Of a stretch of DNA of 64,000 nucleotides, positions 52,010-60,536 are shown piece by piece. How positions within the stretch are numbered: position 1 is the stretch's first letter; every line of letters begins with the position of its first letter. Source of the stretch: a bacterium (GTDB taxonomy: Bacteria > Lindowbacteria > 2-12-FULL-62-27); NCBI GenBank assembly GCA_016202645.1, contig JACQOF010000097.1:16955-80954 (forward strand), in the 5' to 3' direction. The notes under the pieces are model-generated. The model was not told where the DNA came from and searched no databases. It worked only from the letters and a program-made list of their open reading frames with translations. The translations under genes and the position numbers were made by a program.

Positions 52010-54328
52010 TCAGACGCTCGATCCCACCGTCGAATCCGAGCCGCCGCCCTGCCGATAGCCGCCGCTGTCTTCGCGGCGCGGGCCGCGGTCGCCCCGGTCA
52101 AATCTTGGCGGGCGGTCGCCCCGGTCCCGCGGGCCGCGGTCGTTTCGGTCGCCCCGGTCGAATCGGCGGGGCGGCCGGTCGTCCCGGTCTCGCGGGCCGC
52201 CGCTGGTGCGGGGTTTGACCGGGAGCGGGGGTTTGCCCTCCATCTCCCGGATGGCCGCGACGCGAGAGAGCCGGAGCCGCCCGAGATGATCGATCTCGAT
52301 CAGCTTGACGGGCGTGACGTCGCCTTCCTTGAGCACATCTTCGACGCGCTCGGTCCGTTCCTCCGAGATTTCGGAAATATGGAGGAGTCCCTCGTGTCCG
52401 GGCATGATCTCGCAGAACGCGCCGAAGTCCACCACGCGGACGACCTTGCCCTGGTAGACGCGGCCGAGGTCCGGTTCGGCGATCATCATGTGGATTTTTT
52501 CCTTCGCGACGAGCGCGCTCTTCTCGTCCTCCGAGTAAATCCTCACGGAGCCGTCGTCCTCGATGTCGATCTTGACGCCGGTCTCCTCGACGATCGCCCG
52601 GATGTTCTTGCCGCCCGGGCCGATGATCGCGCCGATCTTGTCCTTCGGAACCATGAGCAGGAACACCCGCGGAGCGTAGGGCGAAATGTCCGCGCGCGGC
52701 GCCGCGATAGCGGCTTCCATCTTGCCGATAATGTGCAGGCGCGCGGCCTGGGCTTTGGCCAGGGCCTTGCGCATGAGGTCCACGGAAATCCCGCCGATCT
52801 TGATGTCCATCTGAATGGCGGTCACGCCCTGCCGGGTCCCGGCGACTTTGAAGTCCATGTCGCCGAGATGGTCCTCGTCACCGAGAATGTCCGTGAGAAT
52901 CGCCACGCGGTCGCCCTCCTTGACGAGGCCCATCGCGACGCCCGCGACGTGCGAAGCGATCGGAACGCCCGCGTCCATCATCGCCAGCGATCCGCCGCAG
53001 ACGGATGCCATGGAGGAAGAACCGTTCGATTCAAGAATGTCGGATACGAGTCGAATGGCGTACGGGAAGGATTCCTCGGTCGGGATGAGGGACCGGAGCG
53101 CCTTTTCGGCGAGCATGCCATGCCCGATTTCCCGGCGGCCCTGCCCGCCGAAGCGGCCGACTTCGCCGACTGAAAATGGGGGAAAATTATAGTGAAGGTA
53201 AAACCGGCGTGACTTGTCGCCCTCGATGTCGTCCGTCCGCTGGACATCGTCTCCCGTGCCGAGGGTCACGACGGCGAGGGCCTGTGTTTCGCCCCGCGTG
53301 AAAACGGCGGATCCGTGGGTCCTGGGAAGAAATCCGAGTTTGATGTCGATCGGCCGGACTTCGTCAAGTCCGCGGCCGTCGTTGCGTTTGCCCTTTTCAA
53401 GAATGTTCGACCGGACGATCTTGGCTTTGATCTCCTCGATCTCGCCCTTGGCCTCCATCTCGATCTTCTCGCGCTCCAGCCCGAGTTTCCCGGCGGCTTG
53501 GCCGATCGCGTCGTCCTCGATCCTGTGAATTTCCGCGTAGCGTTCCATCTTGGTCGGGATGACGAGGGCCTTGGACAGGCCGGCGGCCGCGAGCGCGTTC
53601 AGCGTCTCGGCGAGTTTCGGAGTTTTGGCGGGCGGCGAGAAAAGCCGTTTGGCCTTGCCGACTTTCCGCGCCAGTTCCTCCTGGACCTTGCAGATTTTTT
53701 GGATTTCCGACTGGGCGATCTGCAGGCCCTCGATCACAACGTCCTCGGAAACCTGCCGGGCGTTGCCTTCGACCATCGCAATGTCGGTGGCGGTGCCGGC
53801 GACCACCAGTTCCAAATCGGCGTTATCGACTTCCTCCCGGGACGGGTTGACTTTGAACTGGCCGTTGAGCCGGATCACGCGCACGGCGCCGACGGCCTTG
53901 GTGAAGGGAATGTCCGAGATCAGGAGGGACGTGGCCGCGCCGACGATCGAGAGAACGTCGGGCAGGGCGGTCAGATCCGCGGAAATGACGAATGACGCCG
54001 CCTGGACTTCGTTGTGGTACCCTTCCGGAAAGAGCGGCCGGAGAGGCCGGTCGGTCATGCGGGCCGAGAGGGTTTCGCGGTCGCCGGGGCGGGTTTCGCG
54101 TTTGATGAATCCACCGGGGATTTTTCCGGCCGAATAGGCTTTTTCCCGGTATTCGATGGTCAAGGGCAGAAAGTCGACGCCCGCTTCGGCTTTTTCCTCG
54201 GCGCACGCGGTGGAGAGCACCATCGTGTCGCCGTATTTCACGAGGACGGAACCGTTCGCCTGTTTGGCGAGTAGTCCTTGAGTGAGGGTCAGCGGTCGCC
54301 CGCCGACGTCAACGGATACTTCGTTCAT
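52010..54328 (-). CDS. pnp: Polyribonucleotide nucleotidyltransferase (PNPase) with Arg/Asp/Gly/Pro-rich C-terminal tail
   Basis: Two RNase PH domains, KH and S1 (GKVVRVVDFGAFCEI). ~65-aa tail PRDRDDRPPRRFDRGDRNDRGPRDRGDRPPRFDRGDRGPRRED. Confidence 0.95.
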   Translation of the reverse strand: MNEVSVDVGGRPLTLTQGLLAKQANGSVLVKYGDTMVLSTACAEEKAEAGVDFLPLTIEYREKAYSAGKIPGGFIKRETRPGDRETLSARMTDRPLRPLFPEGYHNEVQAASFVISADLTALPDVLSIVGAATSLLISDIPFTKAVGAVRVIRLNGQFKVNPSREEVDNADLELVVAGTATDIAMVEGNARQVSEDVVIEGLQIAQSEIQKICKVQEELARKVGKAKRLFSPPAKTPKLAETLNALAAAGLSKALVIPTKMERYAEIHRIEDDAIGQAAGKLGLEREKIEMEAKGEIEEIKAKIVRSNILEKGKRNDGRGLDEVRPIDIKLGFLPRTHGSAVFTRGETQALAVVTLGTGDDVQRTDDIEGDKSRRFYLHYNFPPFSVGEVGRFGGQGRREIGHGMLAEKALRSLIPTEESFPYAIRLVSDILESNGSSSMASVCGGSLAMMDAGVPIASHVAGVAMGLVKEGDRVAILTDILGDEDHLGDMDFKVAGTRQGVTAIQMDIKIGGISVDLMRKALAKAQAARLHIIGKMEAAIAAPRADISPYAPRVFLLMVPKDKIGAIIGPGGKNIRAIVEETGVKIDIEDDGSVRIYSEDEKSALVAKEKIHMMIAEPDLGRVYQGKVVRVVDFGAFCEIMPGHEGLLHISEISEERTERVEDVLKEGDVTPVKLIEIDHLGRLRLSRVAAIREMEGKPPLPVKPRTSGGPRDRDDRPPRRFDRGDRNDRGPRDRGDRPPRFDRGDRGPRREDSGGYRQGGGSDSTVGSSV

Positions 54329-54492
54329 GATTGAGCCGCCTTTTCAAATGGGCGGAGGCGAGAAAACGGGAAAGATCCAAAATCGGAAACTGCCAACTGT
54401 TGATTGTTGAATAGCGAAGCGGTTCGCTCCTCAGCAATCCACAATTGCCAATCTCCGGCTTTCTTTTCCGTTTCTCACCCGCGCCGAAAATG

Positions 54493-54512
54493 TCCGCCGA
54501 TCAGTCGGCGGA
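54493..54512 (-). terminator. Hairpin immediately downstream of rpsO (terminator/attenuator candidate in the rpsO-pnp spacer)
   Basis: TCCGCCGA-CTGA-TCGGCGGA has an 8-bp stem and 4-nt loop. It starts 4 nt after the rpsO stop and is followed on the minus strand by CATTTTC. E. coli has a hairpin-rich rpsO-pnp spacer. Confidence 0.5.
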
Positions 54513-54516
54513 GAAT

Positions 54517-54780
54517 TTACTTGCGCAATCCGAGCCGCTTGACCACGCCGCGGTACCGGCCCAGCTCGCTGGTTCGGAGATGGCTGAGAAGCTGGCGCCG
54601 TCGGCCGACCATGATCAAAAGTCCGCGGCGGGACCCGTGATCTTTGGGATGGGTTTTCAGGTGGTCTGTGAGAGTGCGAATGCGCTCCGTGAGGACCGCC
54701 ACCTGAACATCCGCGGATCCGGTATCCTGGTCATGAGTCCGGTATTCATCAATGATTTTTCGCTTCATTTCCTTTTCCAT
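54517..54780 (-). CDS. rpsO: 30S ribosomal protein S15
   Basis: 87 aa; GSADVQVAVLTERIRTLTDHLKTHPKDHGSRRGLLIMVGRRRQLLSHL. Confidence 0.95.
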   Translation of the reverse strand: MEKEMKRKIIDEYRTHDQDTGSADVQVAVLTERIRTLTDHLKTHPKDHGSRRGLLIMVGRRRQLLSHLRTSELGRYRGVVKRLGLRK

Positions 54781-55751
54781 TTCAATATCCTTTTCGCCCG
54801 GGCAACGTCGGTTTGGATCGCCGCTTTCAACCGGGCTAAATTCGAAAATTTCCGTTCCGGCCTCAAAAACCGGACCACATCAACCGCCACCACCGCCGCT
54901 GGCCGGATTGAAACGCGTTTCCCGTCCAGCACGTGTACTTCCAAAATCGCCCGGCGCGATGCCCGCAAAGTCGGCGCGACGCCGAAATTCATGACGGCGG
55001 GGCGGCACCGGCCCCCTTCGCAGATGGAGGGAAATCCCGTCCTGGGATTTCCTGAGTCTGGAGCTTCGGGGACTGGACATCCCTGTCCGCCCGCGGTTTT
55101 CAGCCAACCGGCGTAGACGCCGAATTTCGGCTGAAGCTCGTTCGCTACATGGATGTTGACGGTCCGCGCGCCGGTTTTACCGCCAAGTCCCGCGCCGGTT
55201 TCCACCCGGCCGACCAGTTCCAAGGGCCGACCGAGAAGTTTCGCCGCGGATTCAACCCGTCCGGCGGATACCATGCGTCGAACTCGCGTACTCTGGATCG
55301 CAGTCCCTCCGGACAGAACCGGCTTGACCGCAAGAGCAAACGCCCCGCGGTCTCGAAGAAGCCGGTCCAGATCCCGGACCGTGCCGGCGCGCCGATGGCC
55401 GAACCGGAATCCCCGGCCGACCACGACGCCCTTTACATTCCAGTGTCGAAAGAGCACCCGCTCCACAAATTGAGCGGGGGACAGTCTAGCCAGTGATTTC
55501 GTAAAATGCAAGGGATATATCCGGCGGATGCCCAAGCTGCGGATGGAATCGCAACGCTGGGAAAACGTCTGAACAAGCGGGACGGGATGTCCCGGCGCCA
55601 GGATCCGGCTGGGATGGATGGAAAAGGTCAGCGCGACAGGCAGAGCGCCGAGCGCGCTCGCGCGCCGGAGCGTTGTCCGCAAAATGGCCTGATGGCCGAG
55701 GTGGACGCCGTCGAAAATTCCGATCGCAACGACAGCCGCTGGTTTAGACAA
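54765..55751 (-). CDS. ribF: Bifunctional riboflavin kinase / FMN adenylyltransferase, carrying an in-frame repeat insertion
   Basis: IGIFDGVHLGHQ, GRGFRFG, GVYAGW...VMNFGVAPTL...LEVHVLD...VRFLRPERKF. The segment GQGCPVPEAPDSGNPRTGFPSICEG is encoded by repeat copy 2. Confidence 0.9.
   Translation of the reverse strand: MSKPAAVVAIGIFDGVHLGHQAILRTTLRRASALGALPVALTFSIHPSRILAPGHPVPLVQTFSQRCDSIRSLGIRRIYPLHFTKSLARLSPAQFVERVLFRHWNVKGVVVGRGFRFGHRRAGTVRDLDRLLRDRGAFALAVKPVLSGGTAIQSTRVRRMVSAGRVESAAKLLGRPLELVGRVETGAGLGGKTGARTVNIHVANELQPKFGVYAGWLKTAGGQGCPVPEAPDSGNPRTGFPSICEGGRCRPAVMNFGVAPTLRASRRAILEVHVLDGKRVSIRPAAVVAVDVVRFLRPERKFSNLARLKAAIQTDVARAKRILKWKRK
55011..55089 (-). repeat. ~79-nt palindromic element, copy 2 (inside ribF)
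   Basis: 55030-55088 is the exact reverse complement of 16754-16812. The flanks add ~20 nt of similarity with 2 mismatches. Confidence 0.9.
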
Positions 55752-56634
55752 ACGATCCCTTCGGATAGATCTTCCCGCCGCGGACTTCGCCGAAACCGCA
55801 GAGGCCGCTGCGGCCGACGCCGAAGATCATCTGGCCGCTGTCGACGGAGGGGCGGTCGAATAGGACGGAGAGGGAGATCGGGTGGCCCGCGACGAAACCG
55901 GCTTCAAGTTCGCCGAGGGGAAGCTTGGGCCAGCTTGATAGAAGCTGGTCGGGCGCGAGAAGAACAGGCTGTTCGGGGAGTTCCTTCGGGCCGGCGGCCC
56001 GGTCGAGCGTGAGGTCGCCGATCTGAACCCGCGTGAGGGCGTCGACCGTGGCCCCGCACCCGAGTTCCTGCCCGAGGTCGTGGACCAGGCTCCGCACGTA
56101 CATCCCGGGGCCGCAGAGGACGTCAAAAGAAAAAAAAGGCGGCTGGATGTCGCCGGGGACGATTTCATAAATTTTGATCCGGCGCGCCGGCAGGTCCAGT
56201 TTCACGCCCTGCCGGGCCAGTTCGTAGAGGGGTTTGCCCTGGTATTTGATGGCCGAGAACATCGGCGGCACCTGGTCGTGCTCGCCGACGAACGCCATGA
56301 GCGCGTCGCGAATTTTGGGTCCGACTTCCGGCCCGACCGGATTTTGCGCGACGATCTGGCCGGTCCGGTCGTAGGTGTCGGTCACGACTCCGAGTTTCGC
56401 CGTCACGCTGTATCGTTTGGGAAGGTCGGCCAGAAAGGGCGCGAGTTTGGTCGCGGGCCCGACGCAGAGCAGGAGCAGTCCCGTTCCGAACGGATCTATC
56501 GTGCCGGAATGTCCGACCTTTTTGTACTTGTACCGCTTCCGCACAAACGCCACCACGTCATGCGACGTCCAGTCGACGGGCTTGTTCACCGGTAAAATTC
56601 CAACAGGTCTCATGGGTAAGAGGTATACCTCCAC
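55744..56634 (-). CDS. truB: tRNA pseudouridine(55) synthase
   Basis: GHSGTIDPFGTGLLLL and a PUA-like C-terminus. Confidence 0.9.
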   Translation of the reverse strand: MEVYLLPMRPVGILPVNKPVDWTSHDVVAFVRKRYKYKKVGHSGTIDPFGTGLLLLCVGPATKLAPFLADLPKRYSVTAKLGVVTDTYDRTGQIVAQNPVGPEVGPKIRDALMAFVGEHDQVPPMFSAIKYQGKPLYELARQGVKLDLPARRIKIYEIVPGDIQPPFFSFDVLCGPGMYVRSLVHDLGQELGCGATVDALTRVQIGDLTLDRAAGPKELPEQPVLLAPDQLLSSWPKLPLGELEAGFVAGHPISLSVLFDRPSVDSGQMIFGVGRSGLCGFGEVRGGKIYPKGSFV

Positions 56635-56666
56635 ATCTCATCACATGCAATCAGCCGGCGGAAAAC

Positions 56667-56711
56667 CTGCGGGGAATCCAGAACAACTGTACTGGATTTC
56701 GCGGGAATGAC
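56667..56711. repeat. Degenerate/partial copy E of the double-hairpin repeat
   Basis: ctgcGGGGAATCCAGaacaactgtaCTGGATTTCGCGGGAATGAC, between the truB start and the nrnA stop. The outer left hairpin is missing. Confidence 0.55.
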
Positions 56712-56740
56712 ACATCGGACATTCTTTTTTGAGCGATTTC

Positions 56741-57718
56741 CTAAAGAACCGCCTTTTCGAGTTCCCCCAGGACTTTTTTCCGGACTTCCGAGATTTCACC
56801 AGGGACGGTGCATCCCGCGGCGAGGCGGTGGCCGCCGCCGCCGAAGAGTTTGCAGATTTTGAGGACGTCGACGCCCGGTTTGGATCGGAGGTTGACTTTG
56901 ATCTGGCCCGGGGCCGTTTCCCTGAAGAAGACGACGGCGCGGACGGTCCCGACGCTTTTGCCGAAGTCGATGAGGCCTTCGAGGTCGTCGTCGGTGGCGC
57001 AGAGGTCGGTGAGGAGTTTGCGCGGGATTTCGGACCAGAGGATTTTCCCGCCGGCGGCTTCCCGCGCTTCGCCGAAAATCCGGGACATGAGCCTGATTTT
57101 CTGGATGCGGTTGCGTTCGAAGATGGAACTGTATACCGCGTGCGGCGACACGCCGTGTTTTTCGACTATGGACGCCGCGAGGTTCAGGGCCTCGGAGCTG
57201 GTGTTGGCCTGTTTGAAGTTTCCGGTGTCGGTGACGAGGGTTGTGTAGACAGCCGTGGCGATGTCTTTGGTGACCGGCCAGCCCGCCCATTCAAGAAACC
57301 GGTGGATGACCATGCCGGTCGAGGCGGCGTTGACGTCGATGAGGCGGTAGGGCGTTTTGATTTCATTTCCGAGATGATGGTCGACGGACACAAGGTACGG
57401 CGCGGACTTGAGCGCGGGCTGAAGCGCCGGCGCGACGCGGGTGAGGTCGCTGGCGTCGCAGTAAAAGACGGCGCGGACCGGCCACGGCGGCGGCTCGACG
57501 GTGACGTGCTCGATGCCCGGCAGAAAATCGTATTCGGGCGTCACCGGGAATCCGTTCGCGGCCCAGACGCGTTTGCCGAGGGCTTTGAACGCGTGGAAGA
57601 GCGCAAGTTCCGACCCGGTGACGTCGCCGTCCGGGCGTTCGTGTCCGGTGAGGAGAAACCCGTCCTCTTTGAGGATGAGGTCCTTGACGGTCTTGCAGTC
57701 TTCAGCGCGAAGCGGCAT
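56741..57718 (-). CDS. nrnA: DHH/DHHA1 phosphoesterase (NrnA-like oligoribonuclease / pAp phosphatase)
   Basis: LTGHERPDGDVTGS, SVDHH and GGGGHRLAAG. Confidence 0.8.
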   Translation of the reverse strand: MPLRAEDCKTVKDLILKEDGFLLTGHERPDGDVTGSELALFHAFKALGKRVWAANGFPVTPEYDFLPGIEHVTVEPPPWPVRAVFYCDASDLTRVAPALQPALKSAPYLVSVDHHLGNEIKTPYRLIDVNAASTGMVIHRFLEWAGWPVTKDIATAVYTTLVTDTGNFKQANTSSEALNLAASIVEKHGVSPHAVYSSIFERNRIQKIRLMSRIFGEAREAAGGKILWSEIPRKLLTDLCATDDDLEGLIDFGKSVGTVRAVVFFRETAPGQIKVNLRSKPGVDVLKICKLFGGGGHRLAAGCTVPGEISEVRKKVLGELEKAVL

Positions 57719-58073
57719 CGTTGTCCGGCGCCGGGTCCGCGGTTTCCGTGCGGCTTAAGCCCTCGATCTTCCGGATGAGTTCGAACCCACGTTTGAGGGA
57801 ATCGTCCTCGACAAACGAGACAGTAGGGATTTTCCTCCAGGAGAGGCGATGCATCAGCTGTTCGCGGACATCCCACGCGCGCGCGTTCAGGGCGGTGACC
57901 GCCGGGCCCGTCTCGCCGTCCTTGAGATGGCTGACGTAGACTTTCGCGGTCGACTGGTCCGGCGAAAGTTTCACGTGGGTGACGGAGAGGAGCTTAAAGG
58001 ACTCCGGGAGTTTCAGATCGTTGCGGATGATGTCGGAAAAATCCCGGATCAGCTGTTTGCTCATCCGTTCCAT
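57702..58073 (-). CDS. rbfA: Ribosome-binding factor A
   Basis: MERMSKQLIRDFSDIIRNDLK...VTHVKLSPDQSTAKVYV. The ORF-track N-terminal 92 aa overlap the DUF503 gene and are P/R/G-rich. Confidence 0.85.
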   Translation of the reverse strand: MERMSKQLIRDFSDIIRNDLKLPESFKLLSVTHVKLSPDQSTAKVYVSHLKDGETGPAVTALNARAWDVREQLMHRLSWRKIPTVSFVEDDSLKRGFELIRKIEGLSRTETADPAPDNDAASR

Positions 58074-58090
58074 CCGGGTTTCCTTCGACC

Positions 58091-58396
58091 TCACGGCCGC
58101 GCCTCCCCTCCGAGTTCGATTTCCTCGACGCCGAGCACATCGGTTTCCCCGCCGTGGTCCAGGGCCTCGAGGATCAGGTCGACCCGGGTTCGGATTTCCG
58201 ATTCCGTCCGGCCGACCGCCGCGAGGCCGATTTCGGCGTAGTTGGATTTCAAGGGGTCGGACAGATCCGCGGCTGAAAATCCGTGGCGGCGTTTGGCTCT
58301 CTGGATCAGGCTCTGGACCCGCATGCGGCGGTCCTTGAGGGTCCGGCATTCCGGAAAGCGAAGGCGAATTCTGAATCCCATGAATCGTCCGGCCAA
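58091..58396 (-). CDS. DUF503 (YlxP-like) protein
   Basis: ~100 aa; FRIRLRFPECRTLKDRRMRVQSLIQRAKRRHGFSAAD. Occupies the canonical position between infB and rbfA. Confidence 0.75.
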   Translation of the reverse strand: MAGRFMGFRIRLRFPECRTLKDRRMRVQSLIQRAKRRHGFSAADLSDPLKSNYAEIGLAAVGRTESEIRTRVDLILEALDHGGETDVLGVEEIELGGEARP

Positions 58397-58400
58397 CGCG

Positions 58401-60533
58401 CTAGAGGGTGGCGGCCATTTCTTCGACGACGAAGATTTCGAAGATGTCTCCGACTTTTACGTCGTTGTAATTTTCGACCAGTATCCCGCACTCGTATCCT
58501 TTTTCCACTTCCCGGGCGTCGTCCTTGAACCGCTTCAACGAGGCGATTTTGCCCTCGTACCCGGAGACCCCGTCCCGGACGACCCGGACTTTTCCGCGTC
58601 GCTCGACCTTGCCCTCCTTCACGAAACACCCGGCGACGGTGCCAAACTTGGAAATCTTGAAAACGTTCCGGACTTCCGCCGTGCCGATCACCCGCTCGCT
58701 GATGCGCGGGGCCATCCGGCCGGTCACGGCTTTTTTGACGTCATTCAAAAGATCATAGATGATCCGGTAACAGCGGATGCTGACGCCTTCGTGATCGGCC
58801 GTGTGCGTGGCGCGGTCGTCCGGCCGGACGTTGAATCCGAGGATGGCGGCGCGGGACGCGGCGGCGAGGAGGACGTCGCTTTCGGTGATGCCGCCGAGGG
58901 CGGCGTGGAGGACCTGGATGGGGACTTCGTCGTTGCGAAGCCGCTCGAGCGCGTCGCGGATGGCTTCGAGAGATCCCTGGACGTCCGCTTTCAGGAGCAG
59001 GGGCACCACGGGCTTTTCGCCTTCCCGGAGATTTTCCGTCATCGCCTCGATCGTGAGCGGCGCCTGCTGGCGGTTTCGGGCGAGGTCCTTGCGCTGAAGG
59101 TTCCGGGTTTCAGCCGCGTCTTTCGCGGTTTTTTCGTCGGACACGACATGGAACCGGTCGCCCGCCTGGGGCGCCTGGATGAACCCGAGGACTTCCACGG
59201 GCGTCGAGGGGCCGACCGCCGGAAGGCGTTTGCCGAATTCGTCGACGAGGGCTTTGACTTTGCCGGACGTCGCGCCGCAGACAAAGACGTCGCCAACCCG
59301 GAGTGTTCCGTTCTGAACGAGGACGGTGGCGGTGGGCCCGCGTCCGCGTTCCAGCCGGGACTCGATGATGGTTCCGGACCCGGGCCGGTCGGGATTGGCC
59401 TTGAGGTCGAGCATCTCCGCCCGAAGTTCGATCATTTCGAGGAGGGACGGCATGCCGGTGCCCTTCAAAGCCGAAATCTCGACGACGACGGTGTCACCTC
59501 CCCAGGCTTCCGGCACAAGTCCCTGGTCGGAAACACTCTTGAGGACCCGCTGTTTGTCGCCTTCGACTTTGTCGATTTTATTGAGCGCGACGATGATCGG
59601 CACGTTCGCGGCGCGGGCGTGGCTGATGGCTTCAACCGTCTGGGGCATCACGCCGTCGTCCGCGGCGACGACAAGGACGGCGATGTCCGTGACGTTCGCG
59701 CCGCGCGCGCGCATGGCGGTGAATGCCTCGTGGCCGGGCGTGTCGAGGAACGTGATGGTTTTGCCTTTGCCGACGTCGACCCGGTAGGCGCCGATGTGCT
59801 GGGTGATGCCGCCGAACTCGCCCTCGGCAACGCGGGTTTTCCGGATGGCGTCGAGAAGCGAGGTTTTCCCGTGGTCGACGTGGCCCATGACCACAACGAC
59901 GGGCGGTCGGGGCTTGAGATTTTTTGGATCGTCAATTTCCTCCACCGCCGCCTCGGCCACCGGAGCTTCCTCGGTCTCTTCCTGGAGTTCAAGTTCAAAT
60001 CCGTATTCCTGCGCGATGAGAATCGCGGCGTCCTTGTCGAGGGGCGCGTTGGCGGAAACCATCATGCCAAGACCCATCAGTTTCCCGACCACTTCGGCGA
60101 CGCTCTTGTCGGCGGCCCGGGCCAGATCGACGACCCGAAGGGGAAACGGCAGGGATAATTTTTTAAGCGGCTGGACCGGTTTGGGCGCGGGCGCAGGTAC
60201 CGGCGCCGGCGGCGACTGCGGCTTAGGCGCGGCCGCGACGGGCGCTGCTTTTGCGGGCTCGGGTTTCTTGACGGGCGCCGGCGGCTGTGGCGCGGGTTTG
60301 GGCGGCGGCGCGGGCGCCTGGGCCTGCGGTTTCACCGGCGGTTTTTGGGGTTCAACCGGTGTGGGAGGCTGCACGGGCGCCGGCGCAAGCGCTTTCGCGG
60401 GAACGAGCATTTTTTCCAGTTCCGGAGGAACGGCGACCATGTGATTTTTGAGCAGGATGCCGTGTTTGGCGGCCGTGTCGATGATCTCCTTCGACGGAAT
60501 GCCGATCACCTTCGCGAGTTCGAATACTCTCAT
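58401..60533 (-). CDS. infB: Translation initiation factor IF-2
   Basis: G domain [25 protein letters not shown] and NKID. Pro/Ala-rich N-terminal linker. Confidence 0.95.
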   Translation of the reverse strand: MRVFELAKVIGIPSKEIIDTAAKHGILLKNHMVAVPPELEKMLVPAKALAPAPVQPPTPVEPQKPPVKPQAQAPAPPPKPAPQPPAPVKKPEPAKAAPVAAAPKPQSPPAPVPAPAPKPVQPLKKLSLPFPLRVVDLARAADKSVAEVVGKLMGLGMMVSANAPLDKDAAILIAQEYGFELELQEETEEAPVAEAAVEEIDDPKNLKPRPPVVVVMGHVDHGKTSLLDAIRKTRVAEGEFGGITQHIGAYRVDVGKGKTITFLDTPGHEAFTAMRARGANVTDIAVLVVAADDGVMPQTVEAISHARAANVPIIVALNKIDKVEGDKQRVLKSVSDQGLVPEAWGGDTVVVEISALKGTGMPSLLEMIELRAEMLDLKANPDRPGSGTIIESRLERGRGPTATVLVQNGTLRVGDVFVCGATSGKVKALVDEFGKRLPAVGPSTPVEVLGFIQAPQAGDRFHVVSDEKTAKDAAETRNLQRKDLARNRQQAPLTIEAMTENLREGEKPVVPLLLKADVQGSLEAIRDALERLRNDEVPIQVLHAALGGITESDVLLAAASRAAILGFNVRPDDRATHTADHEGVSIRCYRIIYDLLNDVKKAVTGRMAPRISERVIGTAEVRNVFKISKFGTVAGCFVKEGKVERRGKVRVVRDGVSGYEGKIASLKRFKDDAREVEKGYECGILVENYNDVKVGDIFEIFVVEEMAATL

Positions 60534-60536
60534 GGT

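Noticed and set aside
52080-52200. Short direct repeats (GGTCGCCCCGGTC x3) considered as a possible CRISPR or minisatellite
   Set aside because: They lie inside the pnp reading frame and encode the repeated DRGDR units of the C-terminal tail. They have no spacer/repeat periodicity typical of CRISPR, and no cas genes are present.
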